NCBI GenBank assembly: GCA_028534125.1
Contig: CM052818.1
Location: 42,658,001-42,722,000 of the forward strand
From: Lama glama
Taxonomy: Eukaryota
Direction: 5' to 3'
DNA: 64,000 nucleotides
The position numbers and the translations under genes were made by a program. Below are positions 37,386 to 51,199 of this stretch, in pieces (the stretch's first letter is position 1; the number at the start of each line of letters is the position of its first letter). The notes under the pieces were generated by a model that was given only the letters and a program-made list of their open reading frames with translations, ran no database searches and was not told the origin of the DNA.

Positions 37386-40300
37386 AAGAAAAAGTGTTTA
37401 CTTTTAAATTTGTGTTTTAAGGTACATTTTTAAATACCTTTGACTCTATTTAGCTGGGTCTGCTCATTTGCGTTTTCGAGGAGCTGCTCCCACCTTGGCG
37501 AGACAGCAGGTTTTGAATGCAAAGACCCCCCCCCACCTGCCGCCACCATTGTTTTCTCAACATTTACCAACTTAGAATCTGAAATTTGACTTGTTCAGTA
37601 TTTTAATCCTGTCTCCATTCCATCATGTCCCTTGACACGTGGTCTACCACTTGTATCTTCCATAGGAGTCGTTACCTGCCTTCATCTTCATCTTTCCTCT
37701 TGGATTTCATCTTCTTTTGGTTCTTGCTGTGCCTTAACAGCCCTCTGAGAAAGGCACCCCTGTTGGTGCCCAGTAGACTGCCAAGCCAGTCATTGGACTA
37801 GAATTAGAGCAGAAGGCAGAGGAAGTAATGGAGAGCTCACGGGGGCGGGGGCCAACCTAGCGATCTTTTATCTAAGACCCAGGTATCTGAAAAATGGTTT
37901 CTGACTATTCATAGTCAAAGGTTCTGGCTCAGGACCTCCCTTGAGAGCCCAGGTCTATGGGTCAAGGGGAGCAACCGGGGTTGTCGAGTTGCCGGGATTC
38001 CTGCAGCCCTAGGAGAGATGTAGGAGGAGCTGGTACCAAGGAAATTAGGAGGGTCTTCTTCCAGTGCTGGGGCTAACGCCTGGGGTCTTAGATCGTCAGC
38101 ACTGTACCATCAGCTGATGTCTGAGCTTCCGAGAATGTAGAGCATGTATCCTTCTGTGTATCCCATGTGTGTACGTGTGTACCTTAGGTGATGATGGTAT
38201 GTGCGTGTATGCTTGAGTGTGTACAAACCTGCTTCTGCATGGGTGACTATGGGAGGCTGTTTGCATGAGTGTGCAGTTGTGAAGATATATGTACGCATCT
38301 TGGGGAAAGTGCTGTGTACGCTGAGAGCCAGCACTCAGTCAATATTTGGAGAGTGAATAAATTATCCCACTTGTTCAGTTCCATAAATATTTATGGGATA
38401 GTTTGATGATGGTTAGAATCATAACAAGTGGTAATAATGTAAACAAGAGAAAACTTCCACTAGAATATTTGTGGAAAGAGGGGTTTGCCCCAGTATCTGC
38501 TCAGGAATTATCCAGGAGGCAGCTGCTGCTTTGTAGAAATAGACACCCCTCCTTGCTCTTCTCACTTTGGACTTATGCTCACTTTCTACTGCTCGTTACC
38601 TGGAACTCTGGGCCATTGTTTTTTTTTTTTTTTCCGGTAGCTTTTGCTACAACCACACAGGTATCATTCGTGTAGATGACTGCCTTTCCTTTACAGCCTG
38701 GGCCCTTGATTTTACATAACTCTGCCAAACATTCGGTTATTTAAGACTTTTAAACTATGGTTTGGGGATAACTAAAGGGAATTACAACATTGGGAGTAAG
38801 ACTCTTAGTATTAGATGCTAAACAGATTGTTTTCAGCTACCAGTGGACTAAGCTACTTCACCTACCAGGACTCCTATCATGGGTGGAGATCTCGGAGAGA
38901 GATCCAGTCCCCTTATTCCTCGAGAGTGTAAGTTTCGGTCTTGCCCTGGGAAAACGCCACGTCCAACTATAGGGGTTAGAATTACTCTAGATCCATCCTT
39001 GTCCCTCCTGTGGGACTCAGCACACCGCAGTCACAACTGTGCACAAGACTGCACACGTCCCAGAGCCTGAGTTGCTTGCTCTGCCAAGAACAAGTACACA
39101 GGGGCTCATGTGCAACAGTTTAAGGTGGGCGACTGCATCCCCAGTCTGGTCCCTTTTCACGTCTCTCCACCGGGATGAAATAAATACACATACCTCATTC
39201 TTCTTGGGACGTTCTGTCCCAGGTAGATAAACCTTGGGCTGAACACCCAACCCCAACCCCACCCACACAGGTGCACACATGGTTCCCAGGGCAGAGAAGA
39301 GCTCTCCAAGACAAATACAACCCACATCCCCACGTCTGTATAAGAGTATTCATCTGTATAAGAATGTATCTCCTAAAGTACATACACACAGTCTACAAGG
39401 GTTTCTTCCTGGTCCCAAGGAGGGTGGTGTTTTACATTGTGGAGCAGTTTCCCTTCCTTTCTCTCCTTCTCCCTTTCCCTGTGGTGTATTAGCCCATGGC
39501 AAGGAGCCCACATACACGTATGAAAGGGGGCTCATCACAGTGCCATTCCAAGACCTCCCATTATCTCCAGTCACTCCCCATTAGCTCAGCAAAGGCCAGG
39601 AGCGTGCTTTCAATGTCTAGTTTCATCATTTTCTTGGACCAGACCAAACCCAGGGTTCGGACTTCTTCCTTCCTCACACCAGCCTTTGGGAGGGGCAGGG
39701 ATTGGTATAAAGATACATTTCCCCATCTGTAGCAACCCCTCGAGCAGTGGGGAGCAGAAACACTTTTCCCCTTATAATAAGACTTTCACCTTAATTCATA
39801 TAATAGTCTGTCATTTACAAAGAACACGGATGACCCTCTCCACCTGAGGTTAAAATTAAAAAAAAAAACTTTTAAAATAATAAAATACTTTTACATACAT
39901 TGTCTCATTTAATGAGCCATCTTGAATTTAACACGAGCAACTCTCCCTCCAAAAGAGCTTAAGAAACTTTATCTAAGGGTCCTGGAGTGTGTCTGGTGGG
40001 AGAGATGTGAGCAGTGACTGCCTTCCCCACCCACTGCTGAGGACAGCCACGTAACTTCTCATCAAGTTGTCTGTCCCCTTTATTGGCAGTTTTGACTTGA
40101 CCTTACCACTGTGCATTTCAATGATCTCTAATCCATAGGCTGTTAAGATGCTAATGGGGAGGAAAAAAGTCCTTACCCAGAGGAAGCTCTGGAATCCCCC
40201 CCTTTCATTCTATGCAGTGGTCTTTCTTGCTCTCTTTCTGAACCACACGGTAGAGTGAAGGGAGCGGGCTGCCCTTCTTTTCCTTCTTAGAAGGTCACCA

Positions 40301-43300
40301 GTTTGATACAAAGAAGGATGCATTTCTAACTTCTTTAAAGAGAGGCTTTAAACATATTTAAATCATCCAAGTTGCCATCTACGTGGCTCCGTGATGTAAA
40401 GCAGCATCGATGGTTGTGTAGACGGAGAGGACTGTAGCAAGTCAGACACACAGGGAGCAGAAAGGGGAAGGTTTTTATGAGGCTGATACATTTGGCACCT
40501 TTATATTTTAATAAAGAGCTTGTGTCTAAATTATGAGAATGTTCTTGAGAATGAGGCACGGGCTTCTGGAACCTTTAGTATTCGAGGATATTTTAACTGC
40601 AAAATAATAACTTGACTGGAACTTCTTTGAGTGGGTAAGTAGTAAAAATGACAAGGGGCATTCAGGGATGCTTTCACAGTATCCCTTCATCATCTGAAAC
40701 TTTAATAGAGTCAGGATTTACTAAAGGAATAACATACTTCTATATATTAAATGCTGGGGATGTTACAACGTTGAATGTTCTTGGAAACTATCTGTTCAAT
40801 TACGTATGTTCCTCCAGAAGTTCTGCGGAGATTACGCGCATTGCACTTGATCGGAGTGATTTTTGCAGACAACGACTGCTATGTTTCACTTTCTTTCCAG
40901 CACAGCTTATGGACGAGTGGTAACTCTGAATCATGGTTATGTGGGGTTTTCCAAGGTTGATGAAAAGCCCAATTTTGTTGCCTGCGAGGGGAAAAAAAAA
41001 ATCCAAAGCTTTTCTCTGGGCGGCACATATATCTGAATAACACTGCCATGTTAAAATTACTTAATTAATTAAATAAATCATTGTCTAGCGAACTGGCTCT
41101 CAGGTTTAAATTCAAAGTGACAACAGCAAAGAAAAAGCAAAGCAGAACAACACTTGTATTTAAGTCTGGGCTCTCATTAGTATTCCTTCCCAGTCGCAGG
41201 GTCTTCAGCAGAAAATAATGCAAATTATGTAATAGCATCATTTTGAGGATAATTAAGGACATGAATATGCAAGTCCTCTGTGTGTTACAAATTCCTGTTG
41301 CTAATTATAACCATGATTTATTAACTCAAGCAGTATTAATTGAAGTCTTTCTGGGTATTGTGTTAAGCACTGTACCAGAATAAAAAGATGAAACAAAAAA
41401 GATGATTTCTGCTTTCAAGGAGCTTGCAGTCCACAATAATATTAATGGTTAGCATTTACAGGGCACCATTATGCCCAACACTGGGTAAAGCAAAATTTTA
41501 AAGACGAATGGGGGTACAAAGAGACCATGTACAGTGGAGCCTGTGAATAGGCTAATTGTAAGAGCTGGGTTTGCATCTGGACCTGCCACTGTCCTGGATA
41601 AGTTTGGTGGAGGCTTCTGGAAACCCTAAAGACATGGCATATCTAAGGCTCACACTCCTGCCCCTAGGAGGAGACCCTGGCATGGATGTATGGACTTCCC
41701 CAGTTACAACGGTACTACTGGTGGCCCATGTGCATGTCAGAGCCCCACAGCGGCCACACCTAGATCTGCCCAGACACAGGCAAGCCTCATCACGGCAGAA
41801 GCTTCCTAAGCTGCAAGGGAGCATCCGTGTGGTCTGCTAAGCATTACGCAACCCAGGGGCAAACGTGACCACAGTGGGGACGGGTAAGTCTGTGCCTATT
41901 AGGTGGCAGATTATGATGGCTTCTTGGATATAATTTTTCATCTAAAACTCTATAGCAACTAGATATGTTAACCTATAAGCCACCATGTGTTATGATCTGG
42001 GTTAAACGCTGTTGAGCTGGTGACTGATTCAGCCTAACATCCTGGGGAAAACGTGTTCAAGGATACGTATGATCATTCATTTTACAGCAGACCGCGGTGG
42101 GTACCACTGTGATCCTCATTTTAGACCACAACCTAGAGGCTTAGAGAGGTTAAGTAAGATGCATAAGGTCATACAGTTTGTGCAGCTGGAGTTCCAGTAC
42201 AGACAGGGCTCTTGATCACGACACAAACACGTAGATTGGAGGATGAAGTCAAGAATACCAGACTCTGCTTTGGGACGTTCCACTGGGGAGGTGCCTTGCT
42301 TAAAGGAATCTGAAAAGTGAGGAGGCGTCCTGTAGGAATGGGAACGGCCACATCAGGGATAGGGACTCCCTAGGACAAGGGCACAGAGGGAGCAGCAAGC
42401 AAGCGAGGAACACAGTCAATTCACATGATGCTCGGAGGTGAGGCCTCACAGGGTACAAAGGTCAGCCTACGCAGACCTTGGTCTGCCATCGAAAGGAGGC
42501 TGCCTTCCATCCTGTAGGAGATGGGGAGTCCATCAAAGACTTTTTAAGCAAAATGGTAATGAATTTGGATTTTAAATTTAGGAAGATGAACCCTGAGAAC
42601 TGTAAAGGAGTAAGACTTAGAGTCCCATGAGGGAGCTGAAATACTGGAGGGTAAATGAAGAGATGACTGATGACTTGTGGTCACCTCCTCCCTAACATTT
42701 ACATCATGGTGTAGCCAGAAGGAAGGGGGTGTAAAATGTTTAAACAGAACCCATGGAGCTGCTACAGCAGGGAGAGGGCTAACAGGAATGCAGGAAGTGA
42801 GAGGGACTTGGGTTTTGACCATCGAGAGGTTCGTTTTCAGTTTGGAAGCAACTATGATGTGACTTTTCCCATCCAAGAGGATGGGATTTACTTTGCATGC
42901 TCCCACATACACACAGGTGTGTGCACAGACACACACACCCACACATGCCCAGAGGCAGAACACAATGTCAGCTTACTCGGAAAGAGACAGAAGCCTCTAA
43001 TGTCTCTCTGAAATACGTAAAATGTCCTTGATGACAGCTCTACATTAAAGTGAGGACTTGAGACAATTACCAATAGAAACAAAATTCTTTCTACTGTTAT
43101 CAAGTGCCTCTTAAAGAGAAATCACAATTCCAGTGCAGGTTATGTGGGGCAAGAATGGTGCGCAACACAGAAGTTGCCTTCAGGGTCCAAACCATGAAAA
43201 AGAGAGTTTTTTTTTTTCTAGTTAAGGGTTTTTTAACATAACTTAGGAGAATTGTTAAGCTAATATTAAGATAATAATATAATATCAGTTAGCTGGAAGC

Positions 43301-44939
43301 CTGAACACCAGACATATCAAACAATGGAATTATTTTTTATTAATGAACAATCGTTTAAAAAATAATGCCATCGTTATAATCGAGAATGCCTATAATGCTT
43401 TAAAGTAACTTGTTAATAATGGTAATTGCAAGATATGGGAAGCCCTAGGTGAATTCACTGACCATCAACCACAGACTACTTTACTGAACAGTTAGCTAGT
43501 TTACTTTGGAATTGGCCCAACTCCAATTCTACAGAATTTAATAGCAAAGGACCAATAGAACAATTTGCTAAAGGACCCTTTTACTTAATACTTAATTAAC
43601 CAAAAAAAAAAAGCAACAACTTTTTTATTAACCACTTAGTGTAGAGCAATTATTTGTGTTTCACTGAGGCTGGCCTAATATTCTGTGCATTTTTACATTA
43701 TATTTTGTAAGTTTTGAATTTCACTATGTTAATAGCATGAACGTCAAGGATATCAATGAATGTATGAACTGTCTCTCCAAGTTCATGTTAAATCCAGTCT
43801 TCGGCCTTTCCAACTCCCTTCAGCTCATGAATTTACTTCTTGAGCAGGAGAAAAATGAAGGATTTGTACAGAGTAAACCTGAATTTTGTGTGTGGGAAGG
43901 ATTTTGTATAAACATTTTCACACACTACATTTTGCATACATCACTCAGGCACATACATGCCCATGCAGACACAGAGGCTCTTCTTTATTCTCGGATAGCC
44001 CTTGCAACTCAGCCCCTATATGGAGTAAAACAACACTGTATTTCTCATCTCAAATGACCCTCACTTGAGATCTGATTCTATCGGGTCTCCATCACTATCT
44101 CCCATGGGTAATTATAATTTCTGTATCATTAAAAAATAAAGAGTAATTGAGTTACCCACTCTCGATATGAATTTTCAGACAGAATCTATATATTTCATAG
44201 CACAGGTAAAAATAAAGATGTATTTCTCATTTCAGATACACAGATCTCTTCCAAAATGCTTACTGCTTTATAGGCAAATTATGGGCTATTTCTTACACAT
44301 AGTCTAAGGTGTCATAATATGTGTCTATCAGCCTGACTAAGCAAGTCAGGTCTGTGGATATGGGCTAGAGTGTGTATGTTTGTGTAAGTGTGTATGTGTG
44401 TGTATTGACTTGGTGGATGTGTGATATATACAGATAAATGAGTGAAATATTCCCAATCTTGGTGCACAATTCAAGTGGTACCACCTCTTTTCTCTCAATC
44501 ATGAAAGCAAGTCAGTGAATCAACTAAGTAGAAAAGGCAGTAACCTGGATTGGAAATATACTGAGTGAAAGAAACCTATCCTATCATTGATAAATATAAA
44601 ATATTTAACATTTGTGACCTGCTTGACAGGTGAAATTCAAAATATGAAAAATTACAAACCAAAACCATACTGTATGTTAACTATCCTCAAAGAAACCAGA
44701 ACCACTAGGAATTTTATAAATGATTAATAGAAATCTCTCTCTCTTTTTTTTTTTTTTTTTTTTTTAGTAAATCAATACTTCAACAAACTGATCATTTGAG
44801 CTTGTGATTCTTGGGGAATTAGTTGGCTTGGAGATTTTGAGGGAGGATGACAGTACAGCAGTGTCACAGTGGTCTTCTCGTAATGATTTAGTTGTATGTT
44901 TACTAGTGTTTATATACATTGGAAATAACTATTTGAAAG

Positions 44940-45252
44940 CATTTGTAGATACCATGGATTGCAAAGTTATAGATATGTCTTATTCAGGAAGAAGAAGTAA
45001 GAAATAAAACGGAGGAAGAGAGAGCATCAAAATTAGGAAAGCAAAACTTTCCCAGAAATTTTCCGCCTGCTTCTGCTTGTGTCTCACTGGACAAAATTGT
45101 GTCACATGGTCAAGCTTAGCCGCAAGAGAATCTGGGAAGTGCAGTTTTTATCTTGGCCTGTTCTTCCTCCCTCAAGCATAACTGCAGTTCTGATCAGAAG
45201 GAAGAAAGAGGACTTGGGTTTTGGGAGAGCAACCAGCAGCGTCTCCCTGCCA
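44940..45252 (-). mobile_element. MLT1 (J/K-like) LTR fragment
   Basis: tctcactggacaaaattgtgtcacatggtc...cttagccgcaagagaatctgggaagtgcag. Confidence 0.75.
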
Positions 45253-46074
45253 GAATGGAAGTTTCTCTCTCTCATTGTCTTTTCTGCTCACTGTTTAAGT
45301 CATTACTGTGCTAGATCTTTTTTTTTTTTTTAATTTGTTGTCTCCTTTCCTCCTCATTGAATTATATTTTACTGTAGCACTTCTGGGTAGAAGGGTTAGG
45401 GATCATCTAATTTACCACTCCTTTTGTTTCACTGATGAGAAAACTGAGGCTCAAAACTGCAGTTACCAGCCCAAGGTCACATAATGAGTTTGAAACCACA
45501 AGTAGAGCCCCAGGCCAGTGCTTTCCCCAGGGCCATGCTGCCTCTGGGGAATGAGAAGAAAAATCAAATGGACATATTTCACTTTTATTTTTCCGAAGTG
45601 AAAACTCCAGCCACCAACTTCTTTGCATTTTAAATTATTTGCACTTGTGGAATTCAATTTCTAGCCAGCCAAGCATAATTGTAACACATTGCCAGTTTTT
45701 CTTATTAAACTTCCTACACACTCTGTTACAGGATCATGCAGCTGCCAGACGGGAAGGGGAGTTCATAGGGGCCTCTCTCCACTTGTTCATCAAAAAGATT
45801 AAAAGCCAGTCTGTGAGAATAACCTCACAGAAGCCACCAAAAACCATTGCCAGAAAAATACCCCAAATAATATTTCCAGCTTCCTGCCATTTTCTGAGCC
45901 ACTTTTTAGAGATTGCTGCTCAAAAGAGGCTGTATGATAGGTTGGGAAGGCTCTGACTGAGAAACATGGGACCTGGCCCTCTTTCAGTCTCTTCTATGAA
46001 ATGAGTGACCTTGTGCAGATCACTTTCTTTCTCTGGCTCTCTTTCTCCTGCAGCGAGGGGAGGTTGCTCTGGAA

Positions 46075-46412
46075 TTGAGATCTCAGCTCTGGTTGCACAC
46101 TGGATTGAATCACTGAAGGACATTTAAAATGATCAGTGTCTACATTTCCCCAACTATTTTGTTTTTATTGGTTTTGGGGGTAGGGCATAGGTACCAGCAG
46201 TTTCTGTAAGCTCTCTAGGTGATGCTAATATGTGGCCAGAGTTGAAATCCACTGAGCTTGATATTCAAAATGTGGTCCACTGACCAGCAGCATCACATAG
46301 CTTGTGATATGGTGAGAAATGCAGAATTTCAAGTACCACTCCAGACCTGCTGAATCAGAATCTGCAAGAAACTCAGGTGATTCAATCTACTACAAAGCTA
46401 GAGAAGTGCTGC
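46075..46412. mobile_element. Two adjacent MER5-type hAT elements
   Basis: gaatcactgaagga...taagctctctaggtgatgctaatatgtggccagagttgaaatccactg, then tcaaaatgtggtcc...ccagacctgctgaatcagaatctgc. Confidence 0.78.
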
Positions 46413-48924
46413 TGAGATTCCTCTGCGCTCTCATTTCACGATTCTATAATATTGGGTTGCTTTCTTGCTCAAAAACCTTCAGTTGCTCCCCATGCAATCT
46501 AAATTCTTCAGACTAGTGTTTAAGGCTTCTTATCACTAACCCAGCCTTCTCACCAAACATCCCTCCTGTTATGTGTTCCAACTTTTGGAGATCTGTTTTC
46601 TTTCTTTATCCCCCAGCAGCCCTTGGTGGTTTCTGCCTGGCTGGCATGCCTCCCAAGCCCAGGTGTACATGTCAAAGTCCAGCCAGCGGTGACTTGCCCT
46701 GGCCCACTGCGCATCGCTAGCACGTACCCGTTCTGCTCTGATTTGTGAGTTGCCTGAGGTACCTTGGATTGTTACCACTGGATTTATTTTTCTTACCTGT
46801 GTATTTAGACTAGAAGGTCTTTTAAGACAAGGACTATATCTCAGCCATCCTTGACTCCCAAGTGCACACTCAAAACGATATGGTGGACAGGCAGTAAATG
46901 TTTACTATCAAGGCTTACTGGAGTGAGAAGACCAGTGACCTGAAAGGGACATGAGGTGGATTTTGTAATCCCCGATGGAGTTACCTTCTCTGGGTCTTGG
47001 TTTTCTTGTGCATAAAAGCCTTTTAGGTGCCTTCCAGCTCTGGTATTCTGGTATTTGTTGGGACCCAGTTTTATCCAAACATGGTCCCTGAAGACTTGAT
47101 TCCTCAGCTCTCATGTATTTACCAGTAACAGCTTGCACATATGAAATGTGTTCAATTTATACAATCCTTCATACAGGCTTTCAATATACTGTCTTATCCT
47201 GCCCTTGAAAATAAGCACTGCCCCGTAGGTCTGAAACTGAAAGAAATCAGGCTAATTCGGTGAGAATCAGGCAGCTGAATGAGTGAGAAACTAAATGAAC
47301 TTGGCTTGGTCTTTCCATTCTCTTGTTTGGTTTCCAAGGCAATTGTGACTCTTTGTCTCTAAAGGATTTGGTTGGGGGATCAGCTGGAAATCAACTGTGG
47401 TTTTCGCCCTGAAGATTTTTCTGCTGAGTTACACAGCTATCTGGTCAACCACGCTAAGCACCCCTCACAGCTATTTACAGCTCACACCTTACCATTCTCA
47501 TTCAGCCCCACAACGACCCTGTGAAGGAGACGTACAGGAGCTAGCACGACCCTAGTTTGGAGCTGATGAGGCAGGCTCAGAGAGGTCAACTGATTTGCCA
47601 GTTATGTTCTGTGGTTTTCCAAGGTCTGGTTTCTGTTTCTGCTGCCCCAGAAGCACCTGGGGAAACTTAACCAGCCCCGCAGAATTCTTGGCCCCGACTC
47701 GATGGAATCTCTGGGGGCGAGGCTCAGGAGACTGTCGATGTGAAAGTCCACTGGGGGGCCTCTTCAGCGTATCGGAGTGTGAGAACCACCTTGCAAGGAA
47801 GTGTCCTCTGTCTCCAGGAGGACTAATCTAAGCCTCAGGGTGTCTGCACTGTCTCCCTTCCCCAGGCAAAGGCTTGGAAACTGGGTGTGTTACCATAGTC
47901 ACCCGCACAGCCGTTGAGAAAGGTTACCTCCAACACAAATTCGGCATGGAGTGGCCTGGGAATCTTGCTTTGTAAACAGTCCTGTAGATGAACTTGGTAC
48001 TCAGCAAGGCTTGGGAACTGTTGTCCTATGGCTATGTTGAAGCCAGACTGGAATATTTTTAAAAGGCTGCAGTCAGCAGAGAGAATAATCTGTAAGTGGA
48101 TAACCTGATGCATTTAAAGTAAGGCCATAGGGCTGTCTGTCTACCTTCCACTCTGTCTCCTTTGGAAAGACCTCTTCCCCCTGCTTGATAGAAATGCCTT
48201 GAAGACTCCTTGAAGTCTTTATAGGAGAGAGAAGGGCTGAGGGAGGGTTTCCCAGCTTCTGGTTCTCCGTCCGAGGCCGGCAGTCTTGCCACACTCCCAT
48301 GTTAGCGGGCCCTGGGCTACACGCAGACTTCTAGCTCCCAGTAGCTTCCGGGGTGGAACTGCTGGTGTTGGTCTCCTACACAGGGTCAGATAAAAATAGA
48401 AATAACAAGCCCTCATGTCGGAGAGCACTTTTCCATTCACAAAGCACATCCACATCTTTTTATCTCATTAATCCTCCCTGACAACAGACCTGTGAGGTAG
48501 ATGCCATTACCCACACGTTATAGATGATGAGATTGAAGCCGAGAGACAAAGCGCCCGGCTCTGTCGGGGTTAATGAATCACACGGGGAGCAGACTACCTG
48601 GGGGTTCTGGTGCCGGGACCGCTGCTCTTTCCACTTAGCATGTCAGCCCACCCCATTCTCACAATGGCCCTGATGGAGCAGGTGTTTTATTCTCCTCGTC
48701 CGAGGGCAGAGCTGGGGGTAGACAGGATAAGCCCCAGGTCACCCAGCTCCTAAGTGGGAGGACCAGGATTCAAACCCAGTTCTCGCCCACTCTCAAGCCA
48801 AACTGTTCTTCCGGTTTCATGGCGGTGCCATCTTCCTGGCAGGCTTGAATCATCAGCTGTGTTTAGCGCACATTGTTGGCATCAGCTGTGCGGAGGGACC
48901 GCCACGCTTCGGTGCGCAGGGCCT

Positions 48925-49050
48925 ATAACGAATACTCCACTGACATACACTCTACTTTCTGTGTTCTTCTAAAATGCTGGTCCTGACCCATTCAATTTGT
49001 TTCATAACCCACTGAAAGGCCACGACCTGCAGTTTGAAAAACTCTTTTCA
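48925..49050. mobile_element. hAT-Charlie MITE end (MER112/113-like)
   Basis: gacccattcaatttgtttcataacccact...cacgacctgcagtttgaaaaac. Confidence 0.55.
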
Positions 49051-49149
49051 GAGTGTTCGATCATTTGCTTATGATAGTTATTTGCACTTTTCCTACTTGG
49101 TCAAAAGCACAAGTGGAGAAACTGGGACACGTTCCTTGCTGGTCAGCCT

Positions 49150-49266
49150 CGGATCTGATTGGCTTGGGCTCCTCCGCCCAGCCCCTTCCTGGCTTCCCTG
49201 GCCCCCTGGGCCAACCTGCCGCCTCCCCGGCCGCAGAGCGGGGATGCTGGGGGCTGGAGGTGAGTG
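49150..49266 (+). promoter_or_regulatory. Candidate promoter and short first exon
   Basis: Inverted CCAAT box ctgattggct (49155-49164), GC box ctccgccca (49172-49180), local CpG enrichment, ATG at 49244, donor GAG|GTGAGT after 49259. Confidence 0.45.
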
Positions 49267-51199
49267 CCCGCAGTGCAACGTCTCCTTGTTAATGAGCACA
49301 TCCTTCACAGCTTACCCTTTGCTGACGACTGTGAACAGTAATAAAAATGTGAGCAAACAGGGAGAGTTTAGTGTGTTTATTGCTGCTATTGAGAAAATAA
49401 TGTGATAATAAACAGGGCTGGTAGTGGAAATTGCTTCTAAGAATAAAATTACGTTATTATGAGTTACATGCAGCCATCAGAAAGTGTTTCGTTTCTCCAA
49501 GTGGGAACTGCCTGGCTGCTTGGCGCGGCTCCATGGGGCCTCCCTCCCTCCCGGGAGCCCCACTGCTCGCTCCTCTTGCCAACTTGAACTTCCAGCCTCA
49601 TTGACTTCTTGGCATTGCCGATCTTTGGAAGCGGGGCAGCCTGGGTGGCATTACGTTTTAATTAGTGCATTTAATCCCTGGCCTGTGTGCTGATGATGCA
49701 TGTTGCCTTTCTTCGCAGAGTCTCATTAGGTCTGGATGAGGAGACTCTTCTTTAGTATATGATGGAGGAATTAACCTGGGCGCCTCAGCAGTGGTCCGTG
49801 TGGAAGAGGATCGCCTTTTATATCTGTGAATAGCCGGTCCTGTCATTAACACGGGCATCAGAGTGAAATGAAAGTTTGAGAGCTTCGCTTCTGTACTAAT
49901 TAGAAAGAAAATGACAGAAACTACGTCAGGCTTGAAGAGCTGAGTTGGCTTTGATGACACCCAGACTTCCACGGGCTAAGGACAAAATGCCTTGAAACCT
50001 TTTCATTCAGGCTTTGTCCATGGTTCTGCCTCGTACCCTGTCTTTTCACCATGTTTGCTTATATTCCTCTTTCTGCTGGGAATCTTTTCAGCTTCCAGCA
50101 TTCACCTGTCCAGCTCTTACTCAGCCTGCAGTGGCCTTCCCAACTGTGACATCCTACAAAAAGTTCCACCAAACCCCATGAGCTCGTCCTTCCCCATGTA
50201 ATGCCCACATGCGATTGGAGAACTTGTCCTGGTCTCCTGAGTGTGAAGCTAATTGCATCTCATCCTTTATTAGATCATAAGCTTGTGGATTCAGAGTGTG
50301 GCTGTCCTTCATCTCTGGTCTGGCCCAGGGTACATCAGAAGCCACCTGGGGTGCGTGATGTGGCAGAAGATCCAGATGACGTGGGCTGACTGTCCGATCT
50401 CCATCGCGCCAGATGAGGCTGGGCAAGAGAGAGGCGAGACAGGCCCCTAGCGTGCAGAATGTAAAGAGGAACTTGCGGGACCCTGAGAGGGAGTCTCTCC
50501 TGAAAGTGCTTGTCCTAGACATGTCTCCTGCCTTACCCCAGTCCTGGCCTTGCTGAGCAGACTGAGGACGGGGTGGGGGACTCTCTTAAAGAGGCACTTG
50601 CCATTCCTTTTATGAGGACAGTGTAGACTTCTATGACCAGGATTTGTCTGAGAGCCTCCTCAGCTCTGCCTTTGTCCTCTGAAGGTCCCCTCAGTTCTGC
50701 GGCTTTCCTCCTCACCCAGTCCATTAGGGCTCAGGCCTCCACTGCTGTATGTGTGCTTTCGGTGGTGTGTCCCAGGCTTGCTCATCCTTGGCGCCCTGCT
50801 CTGGTCCTTCATCCATCCCCCATGTGGGACACTGCAGAGCCTCCTCTGGTGCCCCCGCCTTCAGAGTCCCACTGCGCTGGGCCTGGTCCATGCTCCATCT
50901 CAGAGTGGGTCCGAAAGCTACTCCGGGGCCTTTCTTCCCAGCCACCGTTGTCTCCCCCTGTTCCTCAGACCATGTGGGCAGAGACGGAGTCCCCAGGGCC
51001 TGCAAAAGACGACATCAGTGGGACATTCGTGGATTTTACAAAATTTCCTGTTTAATTTGCAATGGCAAATCAGAGTGCTTAAGTAGAATTATAAATGAGA
51101 TTCTTTAAAGAGTAGACTACATACAGCATGTAAGCATGATAAGGAGGTAGAGTATTTGATGGAGCTTTGTGTTTAAGGTGAGGGTGAGTCCCTTCACTC

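Noticed and set aside
47928..47981. Possible minus-strand exon (ctacag|...GAG|gtaacc)
   Set aside because: Weak pyrimidine tract and no recognisable peptide in any frame.
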